From NCBI GenBank assembly GCA_048938295.1, contig JBHLMI010000011.1, positions 30,001 through 62,000 on the forward strand: DNA of 32,000 nt, in the 5' to 3' direction. The notes beneath the pieces were generated by a model. It saw only the letters and a program-made list of their open reading frames with translations, was not told the DNA's origin and ran no database searches. Each line of letters opens with the position of its first letter. Within the stretch, counting starts at the first letter, position 1. A program made the position numbers and the translations under genes. The stretch is from Promethearchaeota archaeon (GTDB lineage Archaea > Asgardarchaeota > Hermodarchaeia > Hermodarchaeales > Hermodarchaeaceae). This document shows, piece by piece, positions 9,180-18,278 of this stretch.

Positions 9180-9872
9180 TTAGAGCACCTCCTCTAATTT
9201 GGGGCTCCAATCTCCTGTGATGGATGGGACCACACGCTCAATGACCAGAAGGTCAGGACGTACACCATCAATGACCAACAGAATAACTACTGTAGCACCC
9301 CCTTCAATGACTCCGATAACAGAATGATGTACTCCCATCGCAATTAACGCAATGGGGGTTGAGTAGGGGAAGAGGGGATAGGAAAATCCGAGCATAATCG
9401 CAGCAGAAATTGCCGCCAAAAAATCACCAAAAAACGCGGCAGCAAACCCACCGACAATCATGCCTGTGCGGTTGGGTGAGATTCGATAGATCAGAACGAA
9501 GATAACCCAGGGGATAAAAACTCCAACAATACCCATGTTGACGATATTAGCCCCTAGCGTAAGGATGCCTCCGTCGCCAAAGACCAAGGCTTGAATCACC
9601 AGAATAACGGTCATGGAAACAAGTGCCGCATAGGGCCCGAGGGTAATGGCAAGAATAGGTCCTCCTAAGAGGTGGGCGGTTGTTCCGCCAATTATGGGGT
9701 AGTTCATCATTTGGGCAGCAAAAAACATGGCCGTTAAAGTTGCCATCAGTGGGATTTGTTTCTCGTTGAAGTTCCGTTCAAGGCGCCAGAAAGCGAATGC
9801 CAGTAGAATGATCGCAATTGCCCACATGATGGCGGAGAGGAGGATGGTGAGAAAACCGTCCGGGATATGCAT
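9180..9872 (-). CDS. nikM: ECF S component NikM (nickel-type)
   Basis: N-terminus MHIPDG (nickel-type; CbiM typically has MHIMEG), with GGTTAHLLGG and NIVNMG. The start is placed at 9872 so that Met1-His2 can bind metal. Confidence 0.88.
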   Translation of the reverse strand: MHIPDGFLTILLSAIMWAIAIILLAFAFWRLERNFNEKQIPLMATLTAMFFAAQMMNYPIIGGTTAHLLGGPILAITLGPYAALVSMTVILVIQALVFGDGGILTLGANIVNMGIVGVFIPWVIFVLIYRISPNRTGMIVGGFAAAFFGDFLAAISAAIMLGFSYPLFPYSTPIALIAMGVHHSVIGVIEGGATVVILLVIDGVRPDLLVIERVVPSITGDWSPKLEEVL

Positions 9873-9890
9873 GGTCATCTACTTCTCCAA

Positions 9891-9918
9891 GTAATACTTT
9901 TTTACATTTTTTTAATAC
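9891..9918. promoter_or_regulatory. Candidate NikR operator upstream of nikM
   Basis: GTAATA-N16-TAATAC, with the same geometry as the E. coli NikR site GTATGA-N16-TCATAC. Confidence 0.6.
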
Positions 9919-10068
9919 CTCAATTTAAATGTAACTACATAATCAAGGCTCCTACCCCAAGTGCGTTGAGAACCCGGATTCAGCTGTTTTTTCGAGTCTT
10001 CTCGTTGAGAAAGAGGTGTAGAGAAAGGTTCAAAGAGGTTCGCCTCCGAATAGATGCGGGTGACATGA

Positions 10069-10494
10069 ATGGTGGGAGCACCACACGAGATTGCCATTGG
10101 TTTGTTTTTTCTTTCCGGCCTGGTGATGCTGATTATCATGGCCTTCATTGCGGCAGGAATATGGAGTGTGCAGAAGCGACGCTATCAAAAGAAAGCTACT
10201 GAACTTGGTGTTGTGGTGGATCTCTCGAGTAAAGAATCATCAATTGATCCCTATGCGATTGAAGGATGTGGGTATTGTGTAGCGTTTGTGATCATTATTA
10301 TTTTAGCAGCGTTAGGCGTTTCGTTACCCATTATTTTACCGGGAGATGTCCAGACCCTTCTTGTCCTTATTGTGTCCCTTGTGTTGGGCGGTATGTGTTG
10401 GGGCGCCTCAATCTGGAGTTTCTATTATATTTACAAGATTCCAGCGAAATTTCAATCAATCATTGATGAAGCACTTGATATGACTGAAAAATAA
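10069..10494 (+). CDS. Hypothetical membrane protein
   Basis: 141 aa with 3 hydrophobic segments, divergent from nikM. No family recognised. Confidence 0.6.
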   Translation: MVGAPHEIAIGLFFLSGLVMLIIMAFIAAGIWSVQKRRYQKKATELGVVVDLSSKESSIDPYAIEGCGYCVAFVIIIILAALGVSLPIILPGDVQTLLVLIVSLVLGGMCWGASIWSFYYIYKIPAKFQSIIDEALDMTEK

Positions 10495-10640
10495 CTCACC
10501 TTCTAGCCACAGATTATATCTCTGGGTTACTAAATTTGGGCTTTCTTCAAGGCTAAGGAACCCGTTCTAATTCCATCTTCTAGAAGCGGCCCGTAGAGCA
10601 CCAATCAATCCGGGAAGGTGCTGGTAGGGCGAGAACGTTG

Positions 10641-11855
10641 TTACAGTGTTTTGCGCTGCATTGTTTCTTTGAGAAGGATTGAGATGAGTAACGCGAGCAG
10701 GTCGAGGACGAGAAGGAGCATCATGGCCCAGAAGAAGGAGTAGAATAGCGAATTTACCAAATCCATTGCGAGAATAAGGACGATGCCACCGGCTTGCCCA
10801 AAGATCATAAGAACGCCAGCAGAGGTGCCTTCAGGAATGGGTTTTGTCATTTCAGCCCCCGTTTGCAGTCCCAAGGGTAATGCGGGCATGAGGAAAAATC
10901 CTAACAGGAAGGCGGATACTAGTAGTACGATGTAATCGGGATGATAGGCTAGCATGAAGGTGAAAGGTGCGGCAAGTAAGAGGGCGAGGATGATAAACGG
11001 TTTACGACGCTGATATTTATCGGACAAAGTGGGAATGATTACCGCTCCGATGATGCCCCCAAGAATGATGATGGCACCTACTATTCCTGCTTGAGTGATA
11101 TCAATAACTCGTCCTGCAAGAATTTGTTCAATCCATGTAGCAATGCCGTTAAAGATGCCCAAACCAACGAAGAAGAGCACTATCAGAATAATGAATTGTC
11201 TGATTCCGATGATTTGACGAAGCCCTTTGAGCATCTTTTCGTCTTCGGGTTCATCGAGTTCCGGAGGAGACGGCGGGTGCTCTTTAGCGACGAATAGAAA
11301 CAAAACCGCTGCGATGACAGCGATCACCGCATAGCTGAGCATGGTATAAAAGAACCCAATGCCGACAACCGCAAAGGGGGTGACTAATAATCCAAGCATA
11401 ATTCCAAGAAAAATGGCCATTGTACCTAATCCCGTGGCAAGGCCCCGCTCCTTTGCCGGAAACCAACGGCGCGCAATTTTGGTAGGGCTGTTAAAGACAA
11501 AGGGTTGTCCAATTGCGATACCGCCTGATAAGGCCAATAAGAGAAGATAGTTGGGGGCAAATACGCGAAATACAGCAAATACTGCGGTGATTATTGCACC
11601 GACACCAGCGGCGTATCGAAAGCCTTTACTGTCGATTAGATACGCCGAGGGGATCGAGACCGGGATGTAGACAGCCATGAAAATTAGTGAAAGCAGTGCC
11701 ACATCGAGCTCGGTCACCCCGTAGAGACTGGCGACCATTGAAGAAATCGGTGCAAAGGTGATCCATAAGATCTGTGTAACTGCTGCAATGAACATAAACA
11801 CTAACAAAACAATCCAGCGATATCCATAAACAGGCGCTTCTGTTGCTTTAGTCAC
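10641..11855 (-). CDS. MFS transporter (FLVCR/SLC49-like N-terminus)
   Basis: 12 TM segments, YGYRWIVL and WITFAPI motifs, and MFS loop motifs. SD AGGTGG precedes the GTG start. Confidence 0.88.
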   Translation of the reverse strand: MTKATEAPVYGYRWIVLLVFMFIAAVTQILWITFAPISSMVASLYGVTELDVALLSLIFMAVYIPVSIPSAYLIDSKGFRYAAGVGAIITAVFAVFRVFAPNYLLLLALSGGIAIGQPFVFNSPTKIARRWFPAKERGLATGLGTMAIFLGIMLGLLVTPFAVVGIGFFYTMLSYAVIAVIAAVLFLFVAKEHPPSPPELDEPEDEKMLKGLRQIIGIRQFIILIVLFFVGLGIFNGIATWIEQILAGRVIDITQAGIVGAIIILGGIIGAVIIPTLSDKYQRRKPFIILALLLAAPFTFMLAYHPDYIVLLVSAFLLGFFLMPALPLGLQTGAEMTKPIPEGTSAGVLMIFGQAGGIVLILAMDLVNSLFYSFFWAMMLLLVLDLLALLISILLKETMQRKTL

Positions 11856-11953
11856 GAAATAACCACCTAGACAACCTGGTCTACGATTCGAATCAATAGA
11901 CTACTAGTCACAAATGGGCTAGGACTTTCTAATATACCTAGCTATCTTCGTGT

Positions 11954-12649
11954 TCACAGGGATTCAGGCTGCTCTTTTTTCAGCCATTCTCGTAAGAAGC
12001 TAAGCATCCGCTTGTTGGCTAGAGAAGCTGCAGCTGCATTGTAAGCGTCTTTTACATCTTCTTCGAAGAACCAATGAGACGTGTGGGGATATTCATGAAA
12101 GTCGATTACCCCTCGTCCCGCAGCTAAGCGTGTTCGCAGTTTTTGCATGGCCTCCGGTCCTGACCCCCATTCATCATTTTCCGCAAAATGCCCTTGAACG
12201 GGAATCGTAAATTCTCGGAATAGACCTCCTGCAACACCATAGAACAAAACCACCGCACCGACATCTTTTGCCTTTGTTCGAGCAAGATTCATTGCAAAGC
12301 GCACACCCAACGAAAAGCCAATAATGCCGATTTTCTCACCATCCACTGCAGGATGGGATTTCATGAACTCCGCAGCCATTTTGACCTGTTTCTCTGCCTC
12401 CTTTCGATCCAGTTGGCCACTGAGCGCTTTCGCCGTTTCTACGCTAGTGGCTACCTGCCCATTATAATAATCTGGAGCAAACGTGATAAACCCCTCTCCG
12501 GCCAACCGCTTGGCAAGACCTTTAAAGAATTCATTCAGGCCCCACCATGCAGGTAACAGCAAGAGACCAGGTCCTGACTGATTCTTTGGGAACGTTAGAA
12601 CACCGGCGACTGGGCTCTCAAGAAACTGGAAAATTACAGTAGAAGTCAT
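11954..12649 (-). CDS. Dienelactone hydrolase family protein
   Basis: WWGLNEF, APDYY, nucleophile elbow GFSLG, HFAENDEW and YP.TSHWF. Confidence 0.85.
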   Translation of the reverse strand: MTSTVIFQFLESPVAGVLTFPKNQSGPGLLLLPAWWGLNEFFKGLAKRLAGEGFITFAPDYYNGQVATSVETAKALSGQLDRKEAEKQVKMAAEFMKSHPAVDGEKIGIIGFSLGVRFAMNLARTKAKDVGAVVLFYGVAGGLFREFTIPVQGHFAENDEWGSGPEAMQKLRTRLAAGRGVIDFHEYPHTSHWFFEEDVKDAYNAAAASLANKRMLSFLREWLKKEQPESL

Positions 12650-12722
12650 GATATTGTTCCCTCCCTCAAACCGTTATCTACTTTTTCCACTAGATTTTGA
12701 AGACAGTGCGGTTGGTCCAACT

Positions 12723-13547
12723 TTATCGGTGCCTGGTTTCTACTCTATCGAGCCATTCGTTCACTAGACTGTTGAACAGTGTTGGTTGTTCCAGTTGGAG
12801 CGCATGACCGGCTTGGTCGAGTACCGCGAAGGTCGCTCGGGGGTAATTTTCAAGGATAGTCCAAGCATCGCGGTAACCCACCCAATGATCTTGGCGGCCT
12901 ACAATAATCAGAGTTGGTTTGTCAAAACGAAATTCGGGGGGATTGAGCGTGAAGCTGAATTTATCCTTTCGTGGGTCCAATCGTGCTAGAAACGTCGTGT
13001 CAGCGATTTTCACAGCGGGAGTGATTTCTTGGGAATAGCGGTGCCAATGATTGCGTGTCTGTATCACCGCTACTTCCATGAACCCTTCACGGTCTTGCGG
13101 GGGTAATTCTGCTAAGAAATCCTTCTCCCGTACAATCACGGTTTTTGTGGGAAGGGCTCTTTGTTTGGGATTCCCAATGGTGCGGGGCACGATTAAGAGA
13201 AGCCCGTTTACCCGGTCAGGTTTCTTATTGACTAGCCCTTGCGCAAGATACCCTCCATAGGAAAGCCCAGCTACGACAAATTGCTCCTTGGGAATTATTT
13301 TGTCGATAAAACCAAACAAGAGCTCTAATACGTCATTCGAGGTTTTTATCCAGTCAATTCCGGGTGTTTTTCCATGTCCCGGTAAATCAGGATAGATTCG
13401 CTGCCATCTCTTTCGGGACTTGAATATTGGCTCCAATGATCCAACCATTGAGCGATGGTCAAGGGTAGAACCATGAAGTGAGATAATTGGGGTGCCTTCT
13501 CCAAAGACTTTGTAGTGAATAGGGACATCTCGCACTTCGCATATCAT
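12723..13547 (-). CDS. Alpha/beta fold hydrolase
   Basis: LHG oxyanion motif, DLPGHG, GLSYGG (Ser nucleophile), GRQD (Asp) and AGH (His). Confidence 0.9.
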   Translation of the reverse strand: MICEVRDVPIHYKVFGEGTPIISLHGSTLDHRSMVGSLEPIFKSRKRWQRIYPDLPGHGKTPGIDWIKTSNDVLELLFGFIDKIIPKEQFVVAGLSYGGYLAQGLVNKKPDRVNGLLLIVPRTIGNPKQRALPTKTVIVREKDFLAELPPQDREGFMEVAVIQTRNHWHRYSQEITPAVKIADTTFLARLDPRKDKFSFTLNPPEFRFDKPTLIIVGRQDHWVGYRDAWTILENYPRATFAVLDQAGHALQLEQPTLFNSLVNEWLDRVETRHR

Positions 13548-13723
13548 CGATTACACCTCACTTGATGAAATGGGTAACAGACACAGGTAATCTATCTTGT
13601 GATACATACTATTGGACTTTTCTTAAACCATAATCTGATTTCATTTGCCAGATAGATGAAAACGACGACTAGCGTGATGAACAGGATAACACAGCACTCA
13701 AGAAGCTATTGACCAGCAAAGGA

Positions 13724-14659
13724 TTACCGTGGTTTGTAAAGGTCTGTGCTCAAGTATTTTAGCCCTGAATCGTTTAGCAACGTGACGACGGTGGCTTTCG
13801 GTCCTAATGTTTTCGCGATCCTAATGGCTGCTACCACATTGGCACCTGACGAAGTACCTGCGAAGAGTCCTTCCTCTCGTGCTAAGTGTTGAGCCATCTC
13901 TTTGGCTTCCTGTGTGGAAACTCGCATTATCTCATCAATCAAACTGGGCTTCCACAACGGGGGTATAAACCCAATACCGATTCCATCGATACCATGAGCT
14001 CCCCTGCTCCCACCAGACAACACAGGTGATTCGTTCGGTTCAACAGCTACTATTTTCACATCTGGATGCTGCTTTTTCAAAACCATCGCGGTTCCCATGA
14101 GCGATCCTGCCGTCCCAACGACTTGGACAAAGGCATCAACCGTTCCCTCTGTTTGCTCCCAAATTTCTTCACCGAGGGCAAAATATCCGGAGATCTGGTC
14201 TTGGTTATACAGTTGATTTGTCCAGTAGGTTTCAGGTGTTTCACTAATTTTGCGCGCTTTTTCAATCATTGCCTCAATTAATTCCTTGGTTATCCCGCGT
14301 CCATGACTCGGAATAACTGTTACTTCCGCACCTAAAGCCTGCATATGATCCAGTTTATCACGACTAAAGGCATCCGAAGAGATTATCCGAAGCCGATACC
14401 CTTTCGCTGCACAAATAAATGCTAACGATGTGCCCGTACTTCCCCCGGTATATTCAACTACCGTTCCACCCGGTTTCAACCGCCCATCTTGTTCGGCTTT
14501 AACAATCATTGCTTGTGCCATACGATCTTTCATGCTCCCCGTTGGGTTTTCCCACTCCAACTTTACAAGCACACGGGCATATCCCTTTGGAACCACTTGC
14601 TGCAACTGCACCAATGAAGTATTCCCAATGGCGGCTAGAATATTCGCTTCACTTTTCAC
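13724..14659 (-). CDS. Cysteine synthase family PLP enzyme with atypical substrate loop
   Basis: IGNTSLV, NPTGSMKDR (PLP Lys) and DSGLKYLST. EYTGGSTG replaces the canonical EPTSGNTG. Confidence 0.88.
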   Translation of the reverse strand: MKSEANILAAIGNTSLVQLQQVVPKGYARVLVKLEWENPTGSMKDRMAQAMIVKAEQDGRLKPGGTVVEYTGGSTGTSLAFICAAKGYRLRIISSDAFSRDKLDHMQALGAEVTVIPSHGRGITKELIEAMIEKARKISETPETYWTNQLYNQDQISGYFALGEEIWEQTEGTVDAFVQVVGTAGSLMGTAMVLKKQHPDVKIVAVEPNESPVLSGGSRGAHGIDGIGIGFIPPLWKPSLIDEIMRVSTQEAKEMAQHLAREEGLFAGTSSGANVVAAIRIAKTLGPKATVVTLLNDSGLKYLSTDLYKPR

Positions 14660-14730
14660 GCAGCCAACCAGCTACCTCCAACTGCGTCTCTAAAGCCTAA
14701 ATATCTTATTCCAAGTTAATGACGCAACAG

Positions 14731-14805
14731 TAGGCCATTATGTTGCGTTTCGAAGACATACATGCCTAGGATTTTTCAAATGATGCGAAAATTAGCGTTG
14801 TTTCA
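14731..14805. repeat. Dispersed intergenic repeat, copy 2
   Basis: Direct match to 1519-1576. 14731-14768 can fold as a hairpin (TAGGC/GCCTA, TATGT/ACATA). Confidence 0.85.
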
Positions 14806-14807
14806 AG

Positions 14808-16037
14808 TCATTCAGTGGGTTTTATGCGTAATCTGTAGAGGAGTAACAAAAGGGGAATTAACAGGAGGCTGCCACTAGCAATAAGGAATGCATAGAGGTA
14901 ATTATTTCCACTGGCTGCAAGGAGAAAACCAACAGTGATTGGTCCCAGGACTTGTCCTACATCCATAATGGTGCTGAGAAGCCCGAGTGCTGTGCCTTTC
15001 AATTTGTGGTGCACCACCTCGGTGATAAACGGGATAGTTGCAGAAACTACCCCTGCCATCGCTAACGCCATGGGAACGATTACACCGATTTGAATCAGAG
15101 GATAGGGAAGCAACACCAGCAAGATAGTGAATACACACATCGCAATAAGTCCCCCAATAATGAATACCTGTCGCCCATATCGATCGGATAACGCTCCGAG
15201 GGCTGGGCTTGAAAACAGGAGTATAGCGGTAAATAGGGATAAGAGGGGGCCGGTCATCCACTCAGCAATTCCGGCGTTGGTCGTCCAGTAGAGGGGCATG
15301 AAAAATTCGAAAGCCCCATACAGGAAGAACACAGCCGCTTGAGCCAAGCAAATTAACAACACCTGGACGGTTGTGACCTGTCGTAACATTGCAAAGTTCA
15401 TTCTTTCTTCAGAAACCGGCTCAAAATCCTGCCTGTGCTTCGTGGTAAGTGAGAACACAAGCGTTAATCCAAGCGCAATGAGGCCGAATACGCCACATGC
15501 CAAGTAGACTCCTTGGTACACATTGAGGCTCAGTACAGCGAATATCGGGAACGCCAGTAACAGTCCTCCTACGAGGGGAGCCAGCATGCGACCCACACGT
15601 GTTGATGAGGAATAGGTAGCCATCCGCTCTCCACGACGGCTCGTATACAAACCCGCCACTATTGCTAGGGCAATCGGACCAAGAATAGCGGTCGCGAATC
15701 CGTGTAGAAATCGCACCCAGAAGAGCTGCTGCGGTGTAATAATGGGGAGATACAAGAAGGGAACAAATGCTACAAGTAGGATTGAAATCCAAAGCATCCC
15801 GCGTGGTCCTTTTCGATCTGCTACCATTCCTGCCGGGATACTGACGAGAATTCCTGGAATTGTCGAAGCAGCTGCAATGAATCCCATCTGCTCAGGGGAA
15901 GCACCCAGAAATCCAGCAAAAAAGGGCAGCACAGGTGACTTGGACATCGTCGTACTCAAAATTGCGACTGCACCAATAGCCGAAAGCAGCACCATGGGGG
16001 TGAAGGTCTGAGATTTCGACCCCGATTCCTGTGCCAT
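14808..16037 (-). CDS. MFS transporter
   Basis: 12 TM segments, with GMVADRKG and GALSDRYGR loop motifs. The start overlaps the upstream stop (TAATG). Confidence 0.9.
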   Translation of the reverse strand: MAQESGSKSQTFTPMVLLSAIGAVAILSTTMSKSPVLPFFAGFLGASPEQMGFIAAASTIPGILVSIPAGMVADRKGPRGMLWISILLVAFVPFLYLPIITPQQLFWVRFLHGFATAILGPIALAIVAGLYTSRRGERMATYSSSTRVGRMLAPLVGGLLLAFPIFAVLSLNVYQGVYLACGVFGLIALGLTLVFSLTTKHRQDFEPVSEERMNFAMLRQVTTVQVLLICLAQAAVFFLYGAFEFFMPLYWTTNAGIAEWMTGPLLSLFTAILLFSSPALGALSDRYGRQVFIIGGLIAMCVFTILLVLLPYPLIQIGVIVPMALAMAGVVSATIPFITEVVHHKLKGTALGLLSTIMDVGQVLGPITVGFLLAASGNNYLYAFLIASGSLLLIPLLLLLYRLRIKPTE

Positions 16038-16576
16038 TATAAAGATCCCCCCGGAATTGATGGAGGCAATCGCTCACGCAACGTGGTATAGATCAGGTGG
16101 AACCGCTCTTCACGGTTCAACGGAACCAATTGTTCATGAAGTTCTTCACGAACCCGACGCAACAGCAACCCAGCATATAATGCATCCAATACAGTCAAGC
16201 CCTTTTGTACCGCGTCCTGGTCGTTGTCACCCAGAAACGCTAAACCACTCAATGTCAACTCCACTCCACGCGCATCCGGAGCCCTATCCAAATCTTTCTG
16301 AATATCCGCTGAATGAATTATTGCGGCCATATCCTGCAACACCGGATCTGTCAGCGCATAGTGCTTCACTAACACCTCGAAGGTACACATGTTATCGTGA
16401 TGGGTAAAAGGAATATCTAGGTCAGGAAAATCAAACGGCGTTCCATCCTCCTCAGCAAGTACTGCACCTGGCCACGACACAAACTTGAACTCCGCATCTA
16501 GATCAATAAACCGTTTTATCAACCACGGACATGCCACCCGATCTACATGTACATGGGCACGCGTAACCCAACGCAT
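16037..16576 (-). CDS. Chromate-resistance ChrB C-terminal domain protein (ChrB/ChrF-like)
   Basis: MRWVTR..VHVDRVACPWLIKRFID and FTH...CTFEVL...Y.L.DP motifs. No N-terminal DNA-binding domain. Confidence 0.85.
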   Translation of the reverse strand: MRWVTRAHVHVDRVACPWLIKRFIDLDAEFKFVSWPGAVLAEEDGTPFDFPDLDIPFTHHDNMCTFEVLVKHYALTDPVLQDMAAIIHSADIQKDLDRAPDARGVELTLSGLAFLGDNDQDAVQKGLTVLDALYAGLLLRRVREELHEQLVPLNREERFHLIYTTLRERLPPSIPGGSL

Positions 16577-16727
16577 AACAAGACCTCTAACAAATCAGGA
16601 AATACGATGACGCTACTTATACTCCTGAAATTAATAAAGCCAGCAGTTAGTATCCAATGATACCAATGACGTGAAAGATGATTTGTATTAAATCGCATTC
16701 TGAGAAAAATGCATAGACACAGCGGTT

Positions 16728-17354
16728 TTACTTTGGATATCCTATTGTTTGTGCGAATAGTACCCTTTGGTTGGGTCGCAGGTTGAATTCCGTTGCGATA
16801 CTAGCCGTATCACAATTATGGAACCAAGTTGCGAGTCCTTCTGACGCTGCAAAGAGGTAGATGTTTTGGGCAATAAAGCCGGTATCAGTGTAATAGTACG
16901 ATTTCTGAACTTCAGAGTCTCCAATGCTTGGGTCTGGTTGGTTGGGTCCCAAATCATAGCGGGAAAAATTGACAACATAGAAGATATTTACGGGCGTTTT
17001 ACTTGTGAGGCTCGCGGCCCGAGGGCTGCAGGAGAGGCTGCGAAAGTCCTTTGCGGAAATGGGGGTCAGTTGATGCGGACTTGCTTCGTACAAATAGAGG
17101 CCATCTTTCAATGCTACGTACAGGTCAATTTCTTGCGAATTGCTTGCTGAAGGCGCTGTCCGTCCAGGTTTGCTAAAAGCTCCCGTTTTACGGTTTACGC
17201 CAAAGGCTGCCCAAAGCAAGTTGGAAAGCACCTGAAGTGGGAGCTCTCTTGAGCTAATATTTCGGTCCGTCTGCCTGAGGTGCAAAGCCTCCAGTAACGT
17301 TTTCCCACCTGTTTTCTCAGGTTTTGGTAGAATAATTGGTTCCATTTTACTCAT
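16728..17354 (-). CDS. Nitroreductase family protein (SagB/ThcOx-like)
   Basis: EAL..R.T.R, LSNLLWAAFG, RTAPSASNSQ and GFIAQNIYL.A motifs. Start is 17354 or 17345. Confidence 0.85.
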   Translation of the reverse strand: MSKMEPIILPKPEKTGGKTLLEALHLRQTDRNISSRELPLQVLSNLLWAAFGVNRKTGAFSKPGRTAPSASNSQEIDLYVALKDGLYLYEASPHQLTPISAKDFRSLSCSPRAASLTSKTPVNIFYVVNFSRYDLGPNQPDPSIGDSEVQKSYYYTDTGFIAQNIYLFAASEGLATWFHNCDTASIATEFNLRPNQRVLFAQTIGYPK

Positions 17355-17362
17355 CTTGTCTC

Positions 17363-18187
17363 CTAATTTTGTTCCCATTTTTGGTAGACCGCTTCGATGC
17401 CATCGCCTACGACTTCAATGTCGGTAATCTCGCCTATGCCGGCTTCATGGAGCCACCTAACATGATCGATGGTATGGGGGTCGATGCCAATGCACCGGGC
17501 GGCGGTGGCGTCGGCAGCGACTGGGTCGACACTGGCGATGATGGTGTCCATCTTCACAGGGGTTCCACTCCATGGACCCGGACCTGATTTGCCGTAGAAG
17601 CCATCGATGACGCTGAGCGTGGGGGGGAGGGTCTTACAGATATCGTAAACAAAGTTGTTCGTGCCGAGTGGGTGCAAGCCATATTTGTTCCGAATGGTGA
17701 GCATCCCGAACATATTCTTCAACCCCATCGTAATCGTGGTATGCTGCAAGGTCTTCATGGAAGGCACAGTGATAATGGCAGATTCGACGGCGAGTCGAGC
17801 CACTTTAAACTTCGCTAGCGCCTGGTGGTCTGTGACCTCGAGTTCCACCTTATCTTTGAGCTTACGCATGTTGATGTACTCGGACCCCAAGCGTTCAATG
17901 ACCTCCATCATTCCGGTCTCAACAATCGCGTCATCCGGTGAGGTGGTTCCTCCTTCGGTCTCTACCACGATCGCCTTTTTGTCTAGGTCCTGAACTTTCC
18001 TAATCACCGCCTCCACCACGACAGGATCCGTGGTGATGCCGGTCTCAAAGGTGTGGTCAGTGATTAGATTGGGCTTAACTAAGACCGTATCATACGGCTT
18101 AAGGGCTTCTTGGAATGGAATTAGATCTATTGCCCGAAAGACCGGTTTAAGACTTCGTTCTCCCTTAACGACTGCGACCAATGACAT
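17363..18187 (-). CDS. DUF362 domain protein
   Basis: VLVKPNL, TTDPVVV.AV, MGLKNMFG and DPVAADA motifs. Confidence 0.85.
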   Translation of the reverse strand: MSLVAVVKGERSLKPVFRAIDLIPFQEALKPYDTVLVKPNLITDHTFETGITTDPVVVEAVIRKVQDLDKKAIVVETEGGTTSPDDAIVETGMMEVIERLGSEYINMRKLKDKVELEVTDHQALAKFKVARLAVESAIITVPSMKTLQHTTITMGLKNMFGMLTIRNKYGLHPLGTNNFVYDICKTLPPTLSVIDGFYGKSGPGPWSGTPVKMDTIIASVDPVAADATAARCIGIDPHTIDHVRWLHEAGIGEITDIEVVGDGIEAVYQKWEQN

Positions 18188-18278
18188 AACTCAATTTACA
18201 GACCATTAGCTATTAAAATTCAACATTGATGAGAATGTCATTCTAAACCGTTCTTATTGTATTCAGCTAACCACAATT

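Noticed and set aside
11879-11901. tRNA-like TTCGAA T-loop sequences here and near 1426
   Set aside because: No acceptor, D or anticodon arms can be folded around them.
1519-14805. CRISPR array or MITE interpretation of the repeat
   Set aside because: The copies are kilobases apart with no spacers, cas genes, terminal inverted repeats or clear target-site duplications.
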